A DNA stretch of 64,000 nt from a virus (Duplodnaviria > Heunggongvirae > Uroviricota > Caudoviricetes), in IMG/VR virus record IMGVR_UViG_3300012346_000380, positions 1 through 64,000 of that record. One strand, written 5' to 3'. Positions within the stretch are counted from its first letter, which is position 1; the number at the start of each line of letters is the position of its first letter. Both the position numbers and the translations under genes were made by a program. Of this stretch, positions 1 through 7,860 are shown piece by piece. Under the pieces are notes generated by a model, which saw only the letters and a list, made by a program, of their open reading frames with translations, was not told where the DNA came from and searched no databases.

Positions 1-548
1 TCTCCAACATTCCAAGCATTGACCATTAATCGTCTTGAGTCTGGATTTGTTTTAAGGTCGTTGATTAGGTTTTGAATTTGGTCAGTTCCTCTACCATTCC
101 AATTTCTCCACTGAGCACCATAAATTGGACCTAACTCACCCCACTTTTTAGCGAACTCATCGTCAGTTTTGATTTTGTTGATGAATTCTTCTTGTGTTAA
201 TGTTGATAATTTAATTGATGTAGGTCCAACGCCATCATATTCTGAAGTTTCAATACTATTCGAATATCTCTTATAAGCATCTCCATTCCAAATATGACAA
301 TTATTATCAACCAAATATTTAATGTTGGTATCACCGCGTAAGAACCAAAGTAACTCGATTACGATTGTTTTTAATGGCATCTTTTTAGTTGTCAATAATG
401 GAAACCCATCCTTCATATTATGCCGAATTTGTCTTCCAAAAACTGAAATTGTACCAGTACCTGTTCGGTCCTCTTTCTTTACTCCATTATCTAAAATGTC
501 TTGTAATAAATCAGTGTATTGTTTGTCTAATTTATTTATAGTTCCCAT
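1..548 (-). CDS. thyA: thymidylate synthase (ThyA family), partial: the 3' end lies beyond the window start. A dUMP-hydroxymethylase-type ThyA homolog cannot be excluded.
   Basis: Minus-strand translation from the ATG at 546-548 gives [80 protein letters not shown]. These are the canonical ThyA motifs (DRTGTGT, LLWFLRG, GPxYGxQWR, SRR). It is absent from the ORF track because it is open to the window edge. Confidence 0.85.
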   Translation of the reverse strand, partial: MGTINKLDKQYTDLLQDILDNGVKKEDRTGTGTISVFGRQIRHNMKDGFPLLTTKKMPLKTIVIELLWFLRGDTNIKYLVDNNCHIWNGDAYKRYSNSIETSEYDGVGPTSIKLSTLTQEEFINKIKTDDEFAKKWGELGPIYGAQWRNWNGRGTDQIQNLINDLKTNPDSRRLMVNAWNVG

Positions 549-637
549 ATACTTTTCTTTTTGCGTTTAAATCTTTTCACTGTTAAATCCAATATTAGCC
601 AAATTACTTGTGCTATTTTCTTCATCCTCTAATTTAT

Positions 638-889
638 TTAAGACATTAAATCAGGTTCATTATCCCAATTAGTATCAATACTTGGTTTTGATTCAATTCC
701 AGTATCTTCAATCCATGTATAAATATCTGTTTCTAAAGGATTAGATTTTCCAGGAATGTAGTCTGGATTATTGACTGTTTTCCATTTCATTCCGCATCTC
801 TTGCAGTAACATTTTGTCGGCATCCATCCGAAATTATAAGAGTAATTATGACCCTTAATCTTGCAAATAATTTCCTTTATTTTTGTCAT
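638..889 (-). CDS. hypothetical small Cys-rich protein (CxC..CxxC, possible zinc ribbon)
   Basis: ORF track. It shares strand and packing with its neighbours and contains a CYCKRCG motif. Confidence 0.45.
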   Translation of the reverse strand: MTKIKEIICKIKGHNYSYNFGWMPTKCYCKRCGMKWKTVNNPDYIPGKSNPLETDIYTWIEDTGIESKPSIDTNWDNEPDLMS

Positions 890-1283
890 CTATTTCTTGT
901 ATTTTTCCGGCAATTTCTTGTATTGTATTATTTAACCTTTCTTTTTTCTTACGATATTCTGCACGAATCCATTCTTCTCTACCATCTTCTAATAAAGCTT
1001 TGTTAACTAATTTGTCAATTTTATTGAAGATTTCAGCGTGAATGATTTCAGGTCCTTTATGCGAAGGTGTAAAAAATATCTTTTTGATATTAAGTCCTTC
1101 GAAAGTTAAAAAAAGTTCAATTGATCTTGTGTAGATGTTTAAAATTTCTACTTGGACATCTACATAGACAAAAGGTCCAAGCTTGATGATGTATGGGCGG
1201 CTTCCATCTGGATTCTTTGGTTGATCGACTGTAATGCGATACGTGTCTCTTAATTCTTCTGCTATAAATTCTGCGTATGTCAT
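855..1283 (-). CDS. hypothetical protein
   Basis: ORF track, minus-strand series. No recognisable motif. Confidence 0.45.
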   Translation of the reverse strand: MTYAEFIAEELRDTYRITVDQPKNPDGSRPYIIKLGPFVYVDVQVEILNIYTRSIELFLTFEGLNIKKIFFTPSHKGPEIIHAEIFNKIDKLVNKALLEDGREEWIRAEYRKKKERLNNTIQEIAGKIQEIDDKNKGNYLQD

Positions 1284-1340
1284 GATAGTTGCTATTTAAT
1301 AAGTTATATTAAAGAAAATAAAAAAGTATCATGGCTAGAA

Positions 1341-1370
1341 AATAAAAAAGCCAATCTAATGATTGGCTTG
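1341..1370 (-). terminator. intrinsic terminator hairpin (AAGCCAATC-taat-GATTGGCTT) followed by a T-run on the minus strand
   Basis: A perfect 9-bp inverted repeat at about 1348-1369 with an A-run on the plus side (a T-run in minus sense). It lies just downstream of the tRNA cluster. Confidence 0.5.
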
Positions 1371-1378
1371 TGTTTTAA

Positions 1379-1452
1379 TGGTAGCTCCAGAGAGAATCGA
1401 ACTCCCAAGTCATCTTTAGAAGAGATGCATTATATCCGTTTAATTATGGAGC
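1379..1452 (-). tRNA. tRNA-Arg (anticodon TCT)
   Basis: Minus-strand sequence GCTCCATAATTAAACGGATATAATGCATCTCTTCTAAAGATGACTTGGGAGTTCGATTCTCTCTGGAGCTACCA. It has acceptor, T-arm GGGAG/TTCGATT/CTCTC, anticodon stem CATCT/AGATG with loop CTTCTAA, and an encoded CCA. Coordinates are accurate to about 2 nt. Confidence 0.8.
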
Positions 1453-1462
1453 CATACTGTTT

Positions 1463-1537
1463 TGAGCCTCTTGTCGGGCTCGAACCAACGACCTGATCAT
1501 TACAAATGATCTGCTCTACCAACTGAGCTAAAGAGGC
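1463..1537 (-). tRNA. tRNA-Thr (anticodon TGT)
   Basis: Minus-strand sequence GCCTCTTTAGCTCAGTTGGTAGAGCAGATCATTTGTAATGATCAGGTCGTTGGTTCGAGCCCGACAAGAGGCTCA. It has acceptor GCCTCTT/AAGAGGC, a D-arm, anticodon stem GATCA/TGATC with loop TTTGTAA, and T-arm GGTTCGAGCC. Confidence 0.8.
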
Positions 1538-1548
1538 ATTTAAATAGT

Positions 1549-1632
1549 ACCCAGGGCCGGACTCGAACCGGCACGGGACCTTCGTCCCAAAGGATTTTAA
1601 GTCCTTCGTGGCTACCATTACACCACCTGGGC
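1549..1632 (-). tRNA. tRNA-Leu (anticodon TAA), type II with a long variable arm
   Basis: Minus-strand sequence GCCCAGGTGGTGTAATGGTAGCCACGAAGGACTTAAAATCCTTTGGGACGAAGGTCCCGTGCCGGTTCGAGTCCGGCCCTGGGTA. The anticodon stem is AAGGA/TCCTT with loop CTTAAAA. The variable arm is long and the T-arm is GCCGG/TTCGAGT/CCGGC. Confidence 0.75.
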
Positions 1633-1709
1633 AACATTGTGTTAAAGAACGTTTGTTATGTATATATTACTCTAAATATACTAATTGTTTCAAGATATGC
1701 TGAAATAAT

Positions 1710-1994
1710 TTAATATTTACCAGCATTTTCTTTTACCATGACAAAAAACTTTAAAGCTTTAATACAAGTTGAATCTGCTCTAGAAATAGCTTGATCTAAT
1801 TTGTTATCGATAACTGATTGAACAAAACTACCACCTTGCAAAAGATTATCTCTTGTCATAATAATTGAGGCTGCAATGTCAACGATGTGACGTCTTTCAC
1901 CTTCAGTTACCGGCTGAGCTAAACACCATTCTAAATTTTCACTTGCGTATTTTTCAGCTGCTTGTTTTGCTTTTTGAATTAATTCTACTGACAT
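1710..1994 (-). CDS. hypothetical protein
   Basis: ORF track. Preceded by conserved promoter-like element P1. Confidence 0.5.
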   Translation of the reverse strand: MSVELIQKAKQAAEKYASENLEWCLAQPVTEGERRHIVDIAASIIMTRDNLLQGGSFVQSVIDNKLDQAISRADSTCIKALKFFVMVKENAGKY

Positions 1995-2076
1995 ATTTGT
2001 TTGTTTTTAATTATAAGGCTAATATACTGCTTTTATTTGACATAAAAAAATTATTTAGCATTTATTTTTAAAATAT
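1995..2076 (-). promoter_or_regulatory. conserved intergenic promoter/leader element copy P1 (GGCTAATATAC ... TTTGACATAAAAAAATTATTTAG ... TTATTTTT on the plus strand)
   Basis: It belongs to a family of at least 12 near-identical elements that sit immediately upstream (in minus sense) of gene starts. In gene orientation it reads ..TTTTTTTATGTCAAA..GTATATTAGCC..AATTAAAAACAAAC-ATG, which resembles a Bacteroidetes TAnnTTTG -7 box plus an A-rich leader. Confidence 0.5.
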
Positions 2077-2532
2077 TTACATATAAGAAGTAGAAAGACT
2101 CTTGAGATGATTTAAGAGTGCTTTATCTTCAATCCTATGAATTATTTTCATACCTTCTTGTTGTCTTTTAAGCGCAGTTATAGTATTGCCTGTGTGAAAT
2201 GTAATATTATGTAATTGTGCAACTTTAGGATCCATTTCGAAAATACATCCAGCAAATTGGTCTTCTTTTGTTTGCAAAGGCACTGAAATCCAATAAACTC
2301 TATGTGAATTCATAATCTTATTATATTGACCATTTGGTATTGAAAATGAATCATAATAAATTAGAGGTGCATTTGTTTTTACTTCAACATTATTTCCGTC
2401 AATGATCATGTCCTTTTCAGAATCAAAAATATTTAAGGATTCATCTACAACACATCCTGCATCTCTAAAATGTTTTGCTACAATCTTTTCGCCTAACATT
2501 CCTAATAGAACTTTTTTATAATCTACTTCCAT
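2077..2532 (-). CDS. hypothetical protein with a possible PD-(D/E)xK nuclease-like motif (IIDGNNVEVKT)
   Basis: ORF track. The D..EVK arrangement following a hydrophobic strand is suggestive only. Confidence 0.4.
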   Translation of the reverse strand: MEVDYKKVLLGMLGEKIVAKHFRDAGCVVDESLNIFDSEKDMIIDGNNVEVKTNAPLIYYDSFSIPNGQYNKIMNSHRVYWISVPLQTKEDQFAGCIFEMDPKVAQLHNITFHTGNTITALKRQQEGMKIIHRIEDKALLNHLKSLSTSYM

Positions 2533-2535
2533 TTT

Positions 2536-3948
2536 TTACATTGCATTTACAGCTGCAATAATCTGATCTATTTTGGTTAATAAAGATGCTTTAGAACTTC
2601 CAGCTTTTTCATTGATAAATCCTCTAGCTGTGTTAAGATCTTCTAAAGAAAATGTTTTATCACTACCATAAACTCTGGCTGCTAATGGATTTGTATTAAT
2701 CTTATTATTAACAAAAGTTAACATAAAATCTAAACATTTATCATAATTACCAGTGTTTGGATCAACTAATCTTGCGGCTGTACGAATATCATCATATAAA
2801 GCTTGTACATTGTTTGGTCTGTTAACTAAAGACTTCATAATCACAGCTTGTGTTAAGTATTGAAATCTTTTGCTTAAAAGAGCTTCAGCAATATATTTGG
2901 TTTCAAAGTTAGCAGTTCGGCCATAATTACCAATCCAACCTAAATACAACCACGTTGAGCGTACTTCATCTCTTTCTTCTAATTGTTGACTTACGCTACC
3001 GTTATCTAAACTTCTACGAGCAATATCACCCGCAAACCAAATTGGATCTAAAACCGACTCATAAGTATCGTCTGATAATTTACCATCTACATAGATATTA
3101 AATGGACCAAATTTACCACCTTTATATCTTATAACATGTTGAATATAAGCGCTTGACATCCATTTCATTGTGTTATAAGACTCTTTAAAGTCTGAGTAAC
3201 CATGCTCACCTGGGTGCTTTTGGCCTTCTGTCAAACTATTAAAGACTACTCTTTTAAATCTAACGTAATTTTCATCAGTTGGACTGTCAAGATAATTCAT
3301 ATATGCAGACTTGACTTGTAAATTACCATTTCTCAAAAGTTCCATTGGTTTATCTGGCATAATATCATTAATAGAAGCGGTATCAATCCAAGATGGCAAA
3401 GTAATTGGCACCTTAATTTGTGTAAAGTCCCAGTTATTAACTTGACTTACGCTATATGAAGCATTACTTAAGCCAACTGAGTTTGCAAATTGACCTTCAC
3501 TTACTATTTCACCTCCAGGTTGATACACGTTCTTGATTGAATTTCTAGGTGTAACTTTTCCTTTTGTTAAACTCTTAATGTAATTCATCACATTAATTGC
3601 ATCTTGTGTAGAAACGTGCTTTATTGCTCTGTGAAACGTACGATTCATAAAAGGAATTGAATCTATGTTGTTAAACAATGCAATGTCATAACCATCTTTA
3701 GAAACGTGACAGCTCATGCAAGAATGGCCGTCTTTGTCTAAAGTTGAAGTGTAGACTGTCTGTCCTTTAAGGATCGATTCGCTCATAGAACCAGAATTTA
3801 CAATTCTAGAATCCAACTGTGTTTCTGTGTTTAATTCTCCTGGGGCAACAGCAGTCACTGTAGTTTTTGGTGTAATTTCTTCAAGTTCATCTTTTGTACA
3901 AGATTGAAATAAAACTACAGCGACTAATAATAATGATAACTTTTTCAT
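2536..3948 (-). CDS. exported lipoprotein with a single CxxCH heme-c binding motif (putative c-type cytochrome domain protein)
   Basis: The start is taken at the internal ATG (MKKLSLLLVAVVLFQSC). The track ORF begins at a TTG and reads through the upstream promoter element. Signal peptide with a lipobox (FQSC). GHSCMSCHV supplies the only other cysteines in the protein. Confidence 0.6.
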   Translation of the reverse strand: MKKLSLLLVAVVLFQSCTKDELEEITPKTTVTAVAPGELNTETQLDSRIVNSGSMSESILKGQTVYTSTLDKDGHSCMSCHVSKDGYDIALFNNIDSIPFMNRTFHRAIKHVSTQDAINVMNYIKSLTKGKVTPRNSIKNVYQPGGEIVSEGQFANSVGLSNASYSVSQVNNWDFTQIKVPITLPSWIDTASINDIMPDKPMELLRNGNLQVKSAYMNYLDSPTDENYVRFKRVVFNSLTEGQKHPGEHGYSDFKESYNTMKWMSSAYIQHVIRYKGGKFGPFNIYVDGKLSDDTYESVLDPIWFAGDIARRSLDNGSVSQQLEERDEVRSTWLYLGWIGNYGRTANFETKYIAEALLSKRFQYLTQAVIMKSLVNRPNNVQALYDDIRTAARLVDPNTGNYDKCLDFMLTFVNNKINTNPLAARVYGSDKTFSLEDLNTARGFINEKAGSSKASLLTKIDQIIAAVNAM

Positions 3949-4014
3949 GTTCTTTGCTTTTTTGTTATATGTAAATATACCACAAATCTTTGACATAAAA
4001 AAATATTTAAGCAA
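3949..4014 (-). promoter_or_regulatory. conserved promoter/leader element copy P2 (TGTAAATATAC .. TTTGACATAAAAAAATATTTAAG)
   Basis: Same repeat family as P1. It lies directly upstream of the lipoprotein gene. Confidence 0.5.
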
Positions 4015-5091
4015 TTATTTTTCGTTTAAAAGAAATTTATTTGAAATAGCTTTAAAACTAATCTGTCTGTCCATGGTTCTAAACACTACACCTTCTCTAT
4101 CGAAGTTTGGGTTAAGCACTGACTTTGCTTCTGCAAAGGCTAAACAATCATCGATGGTTTCTGGCAATTTCATCGTTAGATTAGTTAAAATTGGCACAGT
4201 CTCTAACTTAAATTGATGTTTAAATAAAGCCAAGAACATAGGTAAACCATAATAATATTGATTGTCAATATCAAATGCGTTAAAGAATTTAACTGTATGT
4301 CCTTTGATTCCATAAGGATTGCCTTGAATTCCTTCACCGATCAATTCACCTTGTAAAGCCATGTTGTGATTATCATTCTCTCTCAATTTCTCTTCAATCT
4401 TCAATTCACGAGCTACTTTCCAAAATGTATTTTCTTCAGTTTCAAGTAAATCTAAATTTCTAGAGCAAACTCCAAATACGCCGTCATTTAAATAAAAAGT
4501 AGCTGAACTACCATCTAATTTCTCAGTCACGTAAAAGTCTAAATCTTCTTCAAACCATTTTTTATAAAAGCCTGTTAAATTTTGAACTCTCTCTTCATCA
4601 GTTTTTCTTAAGAATGATGGAAAGCTACCTTTAACTTTACCAGCTAATTCGGCTGGAATTGGTGGTTCATATTTAACTACGTTTAAATATTCTGTCACAT
4701 CTGCACCTTCTTCAATTACTAAAGCATTATCATAAGGTCCAACTTGTAATCTGTCTTCGCTCATTCCTATCTTATACTCATCGGGCCCTTCTAAAATACT
4801 CAAAGGCACTACAAGTCCTTGAGAAACTTGGCCTCTAAGTCTAATCGTTTTTAAACGAAAACCTTCTTGATCTGCCATTTTCTTAAAAGAGCTCTTGCGT
4901 AAAAACTCAAACTCTTCTCTAATCGGTAGAAATGAGTCAATTTCAAAATAAACGCAAAGATCTCCTGGCTTATATTCTCCTTTTTTAGAAACTACATCCC
5001 AGTTATTAATTCTTACAACTTCAATTGCATCAGCGCCTTCAATTGGTCTAATGCTTGCTACTCTTTGAATTGAGGCTAATTTTCTTTCCAT
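4015..5091 (-). CDS. ATP-dependent RNA ligase, Rnl5/DraRnl-like (N-terminal extra domain, nucleotidyltransferase KxDG motif at about residue 190)
   Basis: VTEKLDGSS is the lysine-adenylyltransferase motif I. It is preceded by an approximately 180-aa N-terminal domain (IEGADAIEVVRINNWD..GDLCVYFEIDSFLP), as in Rnl5/NgrRnl-type ligases. A DNA-ligase assignment is possible but less likely. Confidence 0.55.
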   Translation of the reverse strand: MERKLASIQRVASIRPIEGADAIEVVRINNWDVVSKKGEYKPGDLCVYFEIDSFLPIREEFEFLRKSSFKKMADQEGFRLKTIRLRGQVSQGLVVPLSILEGPDEYKIGMSEDRLQVGPYDNALVIEEGADVTEYLNVVKYEPPIPAELAGKVKGSFPSFLRKTDEERVQNLTGFYKKWFEEDLDFYVTEKLDGSSATFYLNDGVFGVCSRNLDLLETEENTFWKVARELKIEEKLRENDNHNMALQGELIGEGIQGNPYGIKGHTVKFFNAFDIDNQYYYGLPMFLALFKHQFKLETVPILTNLTMKLPETIDDCLAFAEAKSVLNPNFDREGVVFRTMDRQISFKAISNKFLLNEK

Positions 5092-5378
5092 GGTTTTTTA
5101 TATTTAAGTTCCCAAAATTTTCTATACTCTCGTACGTTAATCATTTTAATAGTGTAGTTCCAATAATCTGTTTCGTTTCTTATTGTTAAATGCAAAACTA
5201 ACATCGAAGGTGGAACATGGTTTGTTGTAGCCCATTTAAAAAGAGCTTTGGTATTTCCTTTTTGTCTAATTTTTTTAGCAAATGTTTTAAAATCACAATC
5301 CCATACTTCAGGATAATAATGTAAAACTCCAGAACTACCGTGTCCAATATAACCAATATTATATGCTACTTGATCCAT
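5076..5378 (-). CDS. hypothetical protein
   Basis: ORF track. It overlaps the downstream ligase gene by 16 nt. Confidence 0.4.
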   Translation of the reverse strand: MDQVAYNIGYIGHGSSGVLHYYPEVWDCDFKTFAKKIRQKGNTKALFKWATTNHVPPSMLVLHLTIRNETDYWNYTIKMINVREYRKFWELKYKKPWKEN

Positions 5379-5389
5379 TTTTTATAGTA

Positions 5390-6499
5390 TTATGAGTTTG
5401 AAAATGGTTTTTCAAACTCTGGTTTAATCATTTTCCAAATTGCATCTCTAATACTTTTATTGTTCTTAATAGAAAATAAAAGACCTGAATTTTTATAAAA
5501 TTTAGCTTCATTGGCAAACATTTTATCAAATTCAGTTTGATAAATTGCAACTCTATCAAAAATCTCATTGAATTTTCGATATGCATCTGCTTCTATTTTC
5601 GAGTAAGCCTCTCTCAAGGTTGTCTCTTGTGCTCTGACCCAATCATAGAACTCATCTGGCACGTCCTTTAGCAATTCTTCTGGTATCTTATTGAATTTCA
5701 TTAAGTTCTCCCAGATGTCATAAGAAGAGCATTGAGTTAGTATTCTGTGTAAAGCACAATAGTCTTCAAACTTAATTTTGACTCTCTTATTAGAAGGAAA
5801 GAATCTTAAAACGAAACCTTCTTTGTTTTGCTCATTCTTTTTCTTTAACGTCTTATATAGATCTTCATTTAAATTAAAGACTTGATTAGTTTCTACAATG
5901 TCATATTTTTCAATACCTGCACATTTAAAGAAAACACACGCCGTAGTCCAATTTAATTCATCAGTGTTTTCACCATCCCAATTCCATGAAGTATTGTAAG
6001 CTGCTCCTAAAAAGACTACCTTTTCAAAATCATACTTAACAACAATTCTATTTTCATTGTAAATGATCTCACACAAATAAGCAATAGCTGGTTCAAATGA
6101 TCTTAAATCATTATATCTAGCTTTGACCATTTCAAGACCTTTGATAGCTTGTACAGATGTAAAAGAGCCTCTAGTGGCCATGATCCATTCACCTTTATAA
6201 TTAAATAAGATACCTAATGAACCATCCATTTTCTCTTGCACATAGACATAATCAGAAGAAGTCCAAGGAATATCCTCAGCTACTTCTTCATAATTAAAAA
6301 ATTTAGGAAATGATTTAATAATAACCTCGCCAGTTGAATCATCGACGATTAAACCTCTACAAGCCAAAGTAATTTCATCCCATTTCTTTTCATATTGGGT
6401 AGCTTGTGAGTAATTGTATATGCTTAATGGTAAAGTTGGGTGACTTTGTTTAATCACCCAACCTTCTTCTACGTACTTGTCTAATATTTTCTTATTCAT
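5390..6499 (-). CDS. RNA ligase 1 family (T4 RnlA-like)
   Basis: At 369 aa with motif I VQEKMDGSLGILF near residue 100, it matches the T4 Rnl1 architecture (K99 in a KEDG-type motif). NYSQ..ITLACRGLIV lies upstream of that motif. Confidence 0.55.
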   Translation of the reverse strand: MNKKILDKYVEEGWVIKQSHPTLPLSIYNYSQATQYEKKWDEITLACRGLIVDDSTGEVIIKSFPKFFNYEEVAEDIPWTSSDYVYVQEKMDGSLGILFNYKGEWIMATRGSFTSVQAIKGLEMVKARYNDLRSFEPAIAYLCEIIYNENRIVVKYDFEKVVFLGAAYNTSWNWDGENTDELNWTTACVFFKCAGIEKYDIVETNQVFNLNEDLYKTLKKKNEQNKEGFVLRFFPSNKRVKIKFEDYCALHRILTQCSSYDIWENLMKFNKIPEELLKDVPDEFYDWVRAQETTLREAYSKIEADAYRKFNEIFDRVAIYQTEFDKMFANEAKFYKNSGLLFSIKNNKSIRDAIWKMIKPEFEKPFSNS

Positions 6500-6569
6500 C
6501 TTCTTTAATTATATGTAAATATACCAAAAATAAATGAGATAAAAAAATATCTAAGCACTTATTTTTAAA
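6500..6569 (-). promoter_or_regulatory. conserved promoter/leader element copy P3
   Basis: The sequence TTAATTATATGTAAATATACC..ATGAGATAAAAAAATATCTAAGCACTTATTTTTAAAT is a repeat-family member upstream of the Rnl1-like gene. Confidence 0.45.
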
Positions 6570-6956
6570 TTATAATTGTATTTCAAATCTGTCTTCCATT
6601 TGTTTTAGCTTTTCAGCTGGAACACCATGTTGATTAACTCCGTTATGTCTGTTTTCAACTATCAAAGAGTACACGATATAACCATATTTTTTAGCTAATG
6701 TGTAATATGTTTCCATTTCCCACTCTTGTGTAAATGTATTTGATATAACAATACGAGCTTCTCCGTTTTCCATATCTTCTTTACAAGATGATTGGCAATA
6801 TTTGTGTGCTTGTAAAAGTTTTACAGCTTCAAACTTATATTCACCTTTTCTATTTGTAAAGAAATGATCTGCTTCGTGATGTGTTCCACCTAAAGATTTA
6901 GCGACGGTTGATTTGCCAGAACCTGGTAAACCTCTTAATAAAAATAATTCTTTCAT
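6570..6956 (-). CDS. polynucleotide 5'-kinase-like P-loop kinase (T4 Pnk kinase-domain-like)
   Basis: Walker A RGLPGSGKSTVAK near the N-terminus. Small size (128 aa). It sits between an RNA ligase and a phosphoesterase. Confidence 0.55.
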   Translation of the reverse strand: MKELFLLRGLPGSGKSTVAKSLGGTHHEADHFFTNRKGEYKFEAVKLLQAHKYCQSSCKEDMENGEARIVISNTFTQEWEMETYYTLAKKYGYIVYSLIVENRHNGVNQHGVPAEKLKQMEDRFEIQL

Positions 6957-6966
6957 ATTTGATTGA

Positions 6967-7632
6967 TTAACAAGTCATTGCATCATTGTGATGATCATGC
7001 TCGTGTTTTAATAAAGATTGTATTGGTCTATCTACAATTAGTTTCAAAACTTGATCAATAGTGTAAGGTTGAAAATCAGGGCTTCCATCAATTCCAACAT
7101 CCATCATTCTACCAGGCCCAACTTTAAATTGATGTGGTGTGTGAATATGACCATGGACGTGCATTACGCCTTGACCCATATCTTGCCAAGAAGCCAAAGG
7201 ATAATGACTCATGACGAATCTGTATTTTTTGGCTGCTTCACCTTTGGTAGTTGGTTGTATTACAATTGTCACCATTCTTTGCTCATTTACTGAGGCAAAA
7301 AGATCTTGAACATTATCTTTATTGTTAAGAATATGATGATCATGGTTTCCTAAGAATAAATGAATGTTCTTACAGTTTAATTTATTTCTGAATTCTACAA
7401 TAGAATCAAAGCCTCCAAAAGACCAGTCACCTAAGTGAATTAAAATATCGTCTTTCATAACTAACATGTTAATGTTGTCTTGTAAGTCAATATTCATTTG
7501 ATTTAATGATTCATAATCTCTAGTGCCTCGGGCTCCATCCCATTTAGAAACTCCTCTACAAATATTTGTATGGTTGTAATGCGTATCTGAAGTAAAAAAG
7601 ACTCTTTGTCCTGGGTTAACTACTATCTTCAT
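6967..7632 (-). CDS. calcineurin-like metallophosphoesterase (candidate 2',3'-cyclic/3'-phosphoesterase of the RNA-repair cassette)
   Basis: All MPP motifs are present: SDTHYNH (DxH), HLGDWSFGG (GD), FLGNHDHH (GNHD/E), and a GHxH region (HVHGHIH). Confidence 0.75.
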   Translation of the reverse strand: MKIVVNPGQRVFFTSDTHYNHTNICRGVSKWDGARGTRDYESLNQMNIDLQDNINMLVMKDDILIHLGDWSFGGFDSIVEFRNKLNCKNIHLFLGNHDHHILNNKDNVQDLFASVNEQRMVTIVIQPTTKGEAAKKYRFVMSHYPLASWQDMGQGVMHVHGHIHTPHQFKVGPGRMMDVGIDGSPDFQPYTIDQVLKLIVDRPIQSLLKHEHDHHNDAMTC

Positions 7633-7720
7633 AGTTTATTTGTTTTTAATTATAAGGCTAATATACAACAAATAATTGACATAAAAAAATATTTAAGTCT
7701 TTATTTTTAAAATATTTTAG
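7633..7720 (-). promoter_or_regulatory. conserved promoter/leader element copy P4
   Basis: The sequence TTTTAATTATAAGGCTAATATACAAC..ATTGACATAAAAAAATATTTAAGTCTTTATTTTTAAAATATT lies directly upstream of the phosphoesterase gene. Confidence 0.5.
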
Positions 7721-7801
7721 CAGTCAAGGCAGGATTCGAACCTGCAACGATACAACCATTAAGGATGACATAACCATTTTGCCATTACGTATTACTTGAC
7801 T
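7721..7801 (-). ncRNA. tRNA-like RNA module 1: perfect T-arm and a 7-bp acceptor-like stem, but no convincing anticodon arm
   Basis: Minus-sense sequence AGTCAAGTAATACGTAATGGCAAAATGGTTATGTCATCCTTAATGGTTGTATCGTTGCAGGTTCGAATCCTGCCTTGACTG. Acceptor AGTCAAG/CTTGACT and T-arm GCAGG-TTCGAAT-CCTGC are clear. The best anticodon candidate (loop GTCATCC, anticodon CAT) has only a 4-bp stem. This may be an odd tRNA, a pseudo-tRNA, or a Y-RNA-type tRNA mimic. Confidence 0.35.
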
Positions 7802-7860
7802 TCCTTTCTAATGAGAGCATCACACACTCAAGACTGTTCATAAACTAGTTTAAGTAGAGT

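Noticed and set aside
322-570. Plus-strand 82-aa ORF overlapping the start of thyA
   Set aside because: It lies antisense to a clearly conserved thymidylate synthase reading frame and has no features of its own.
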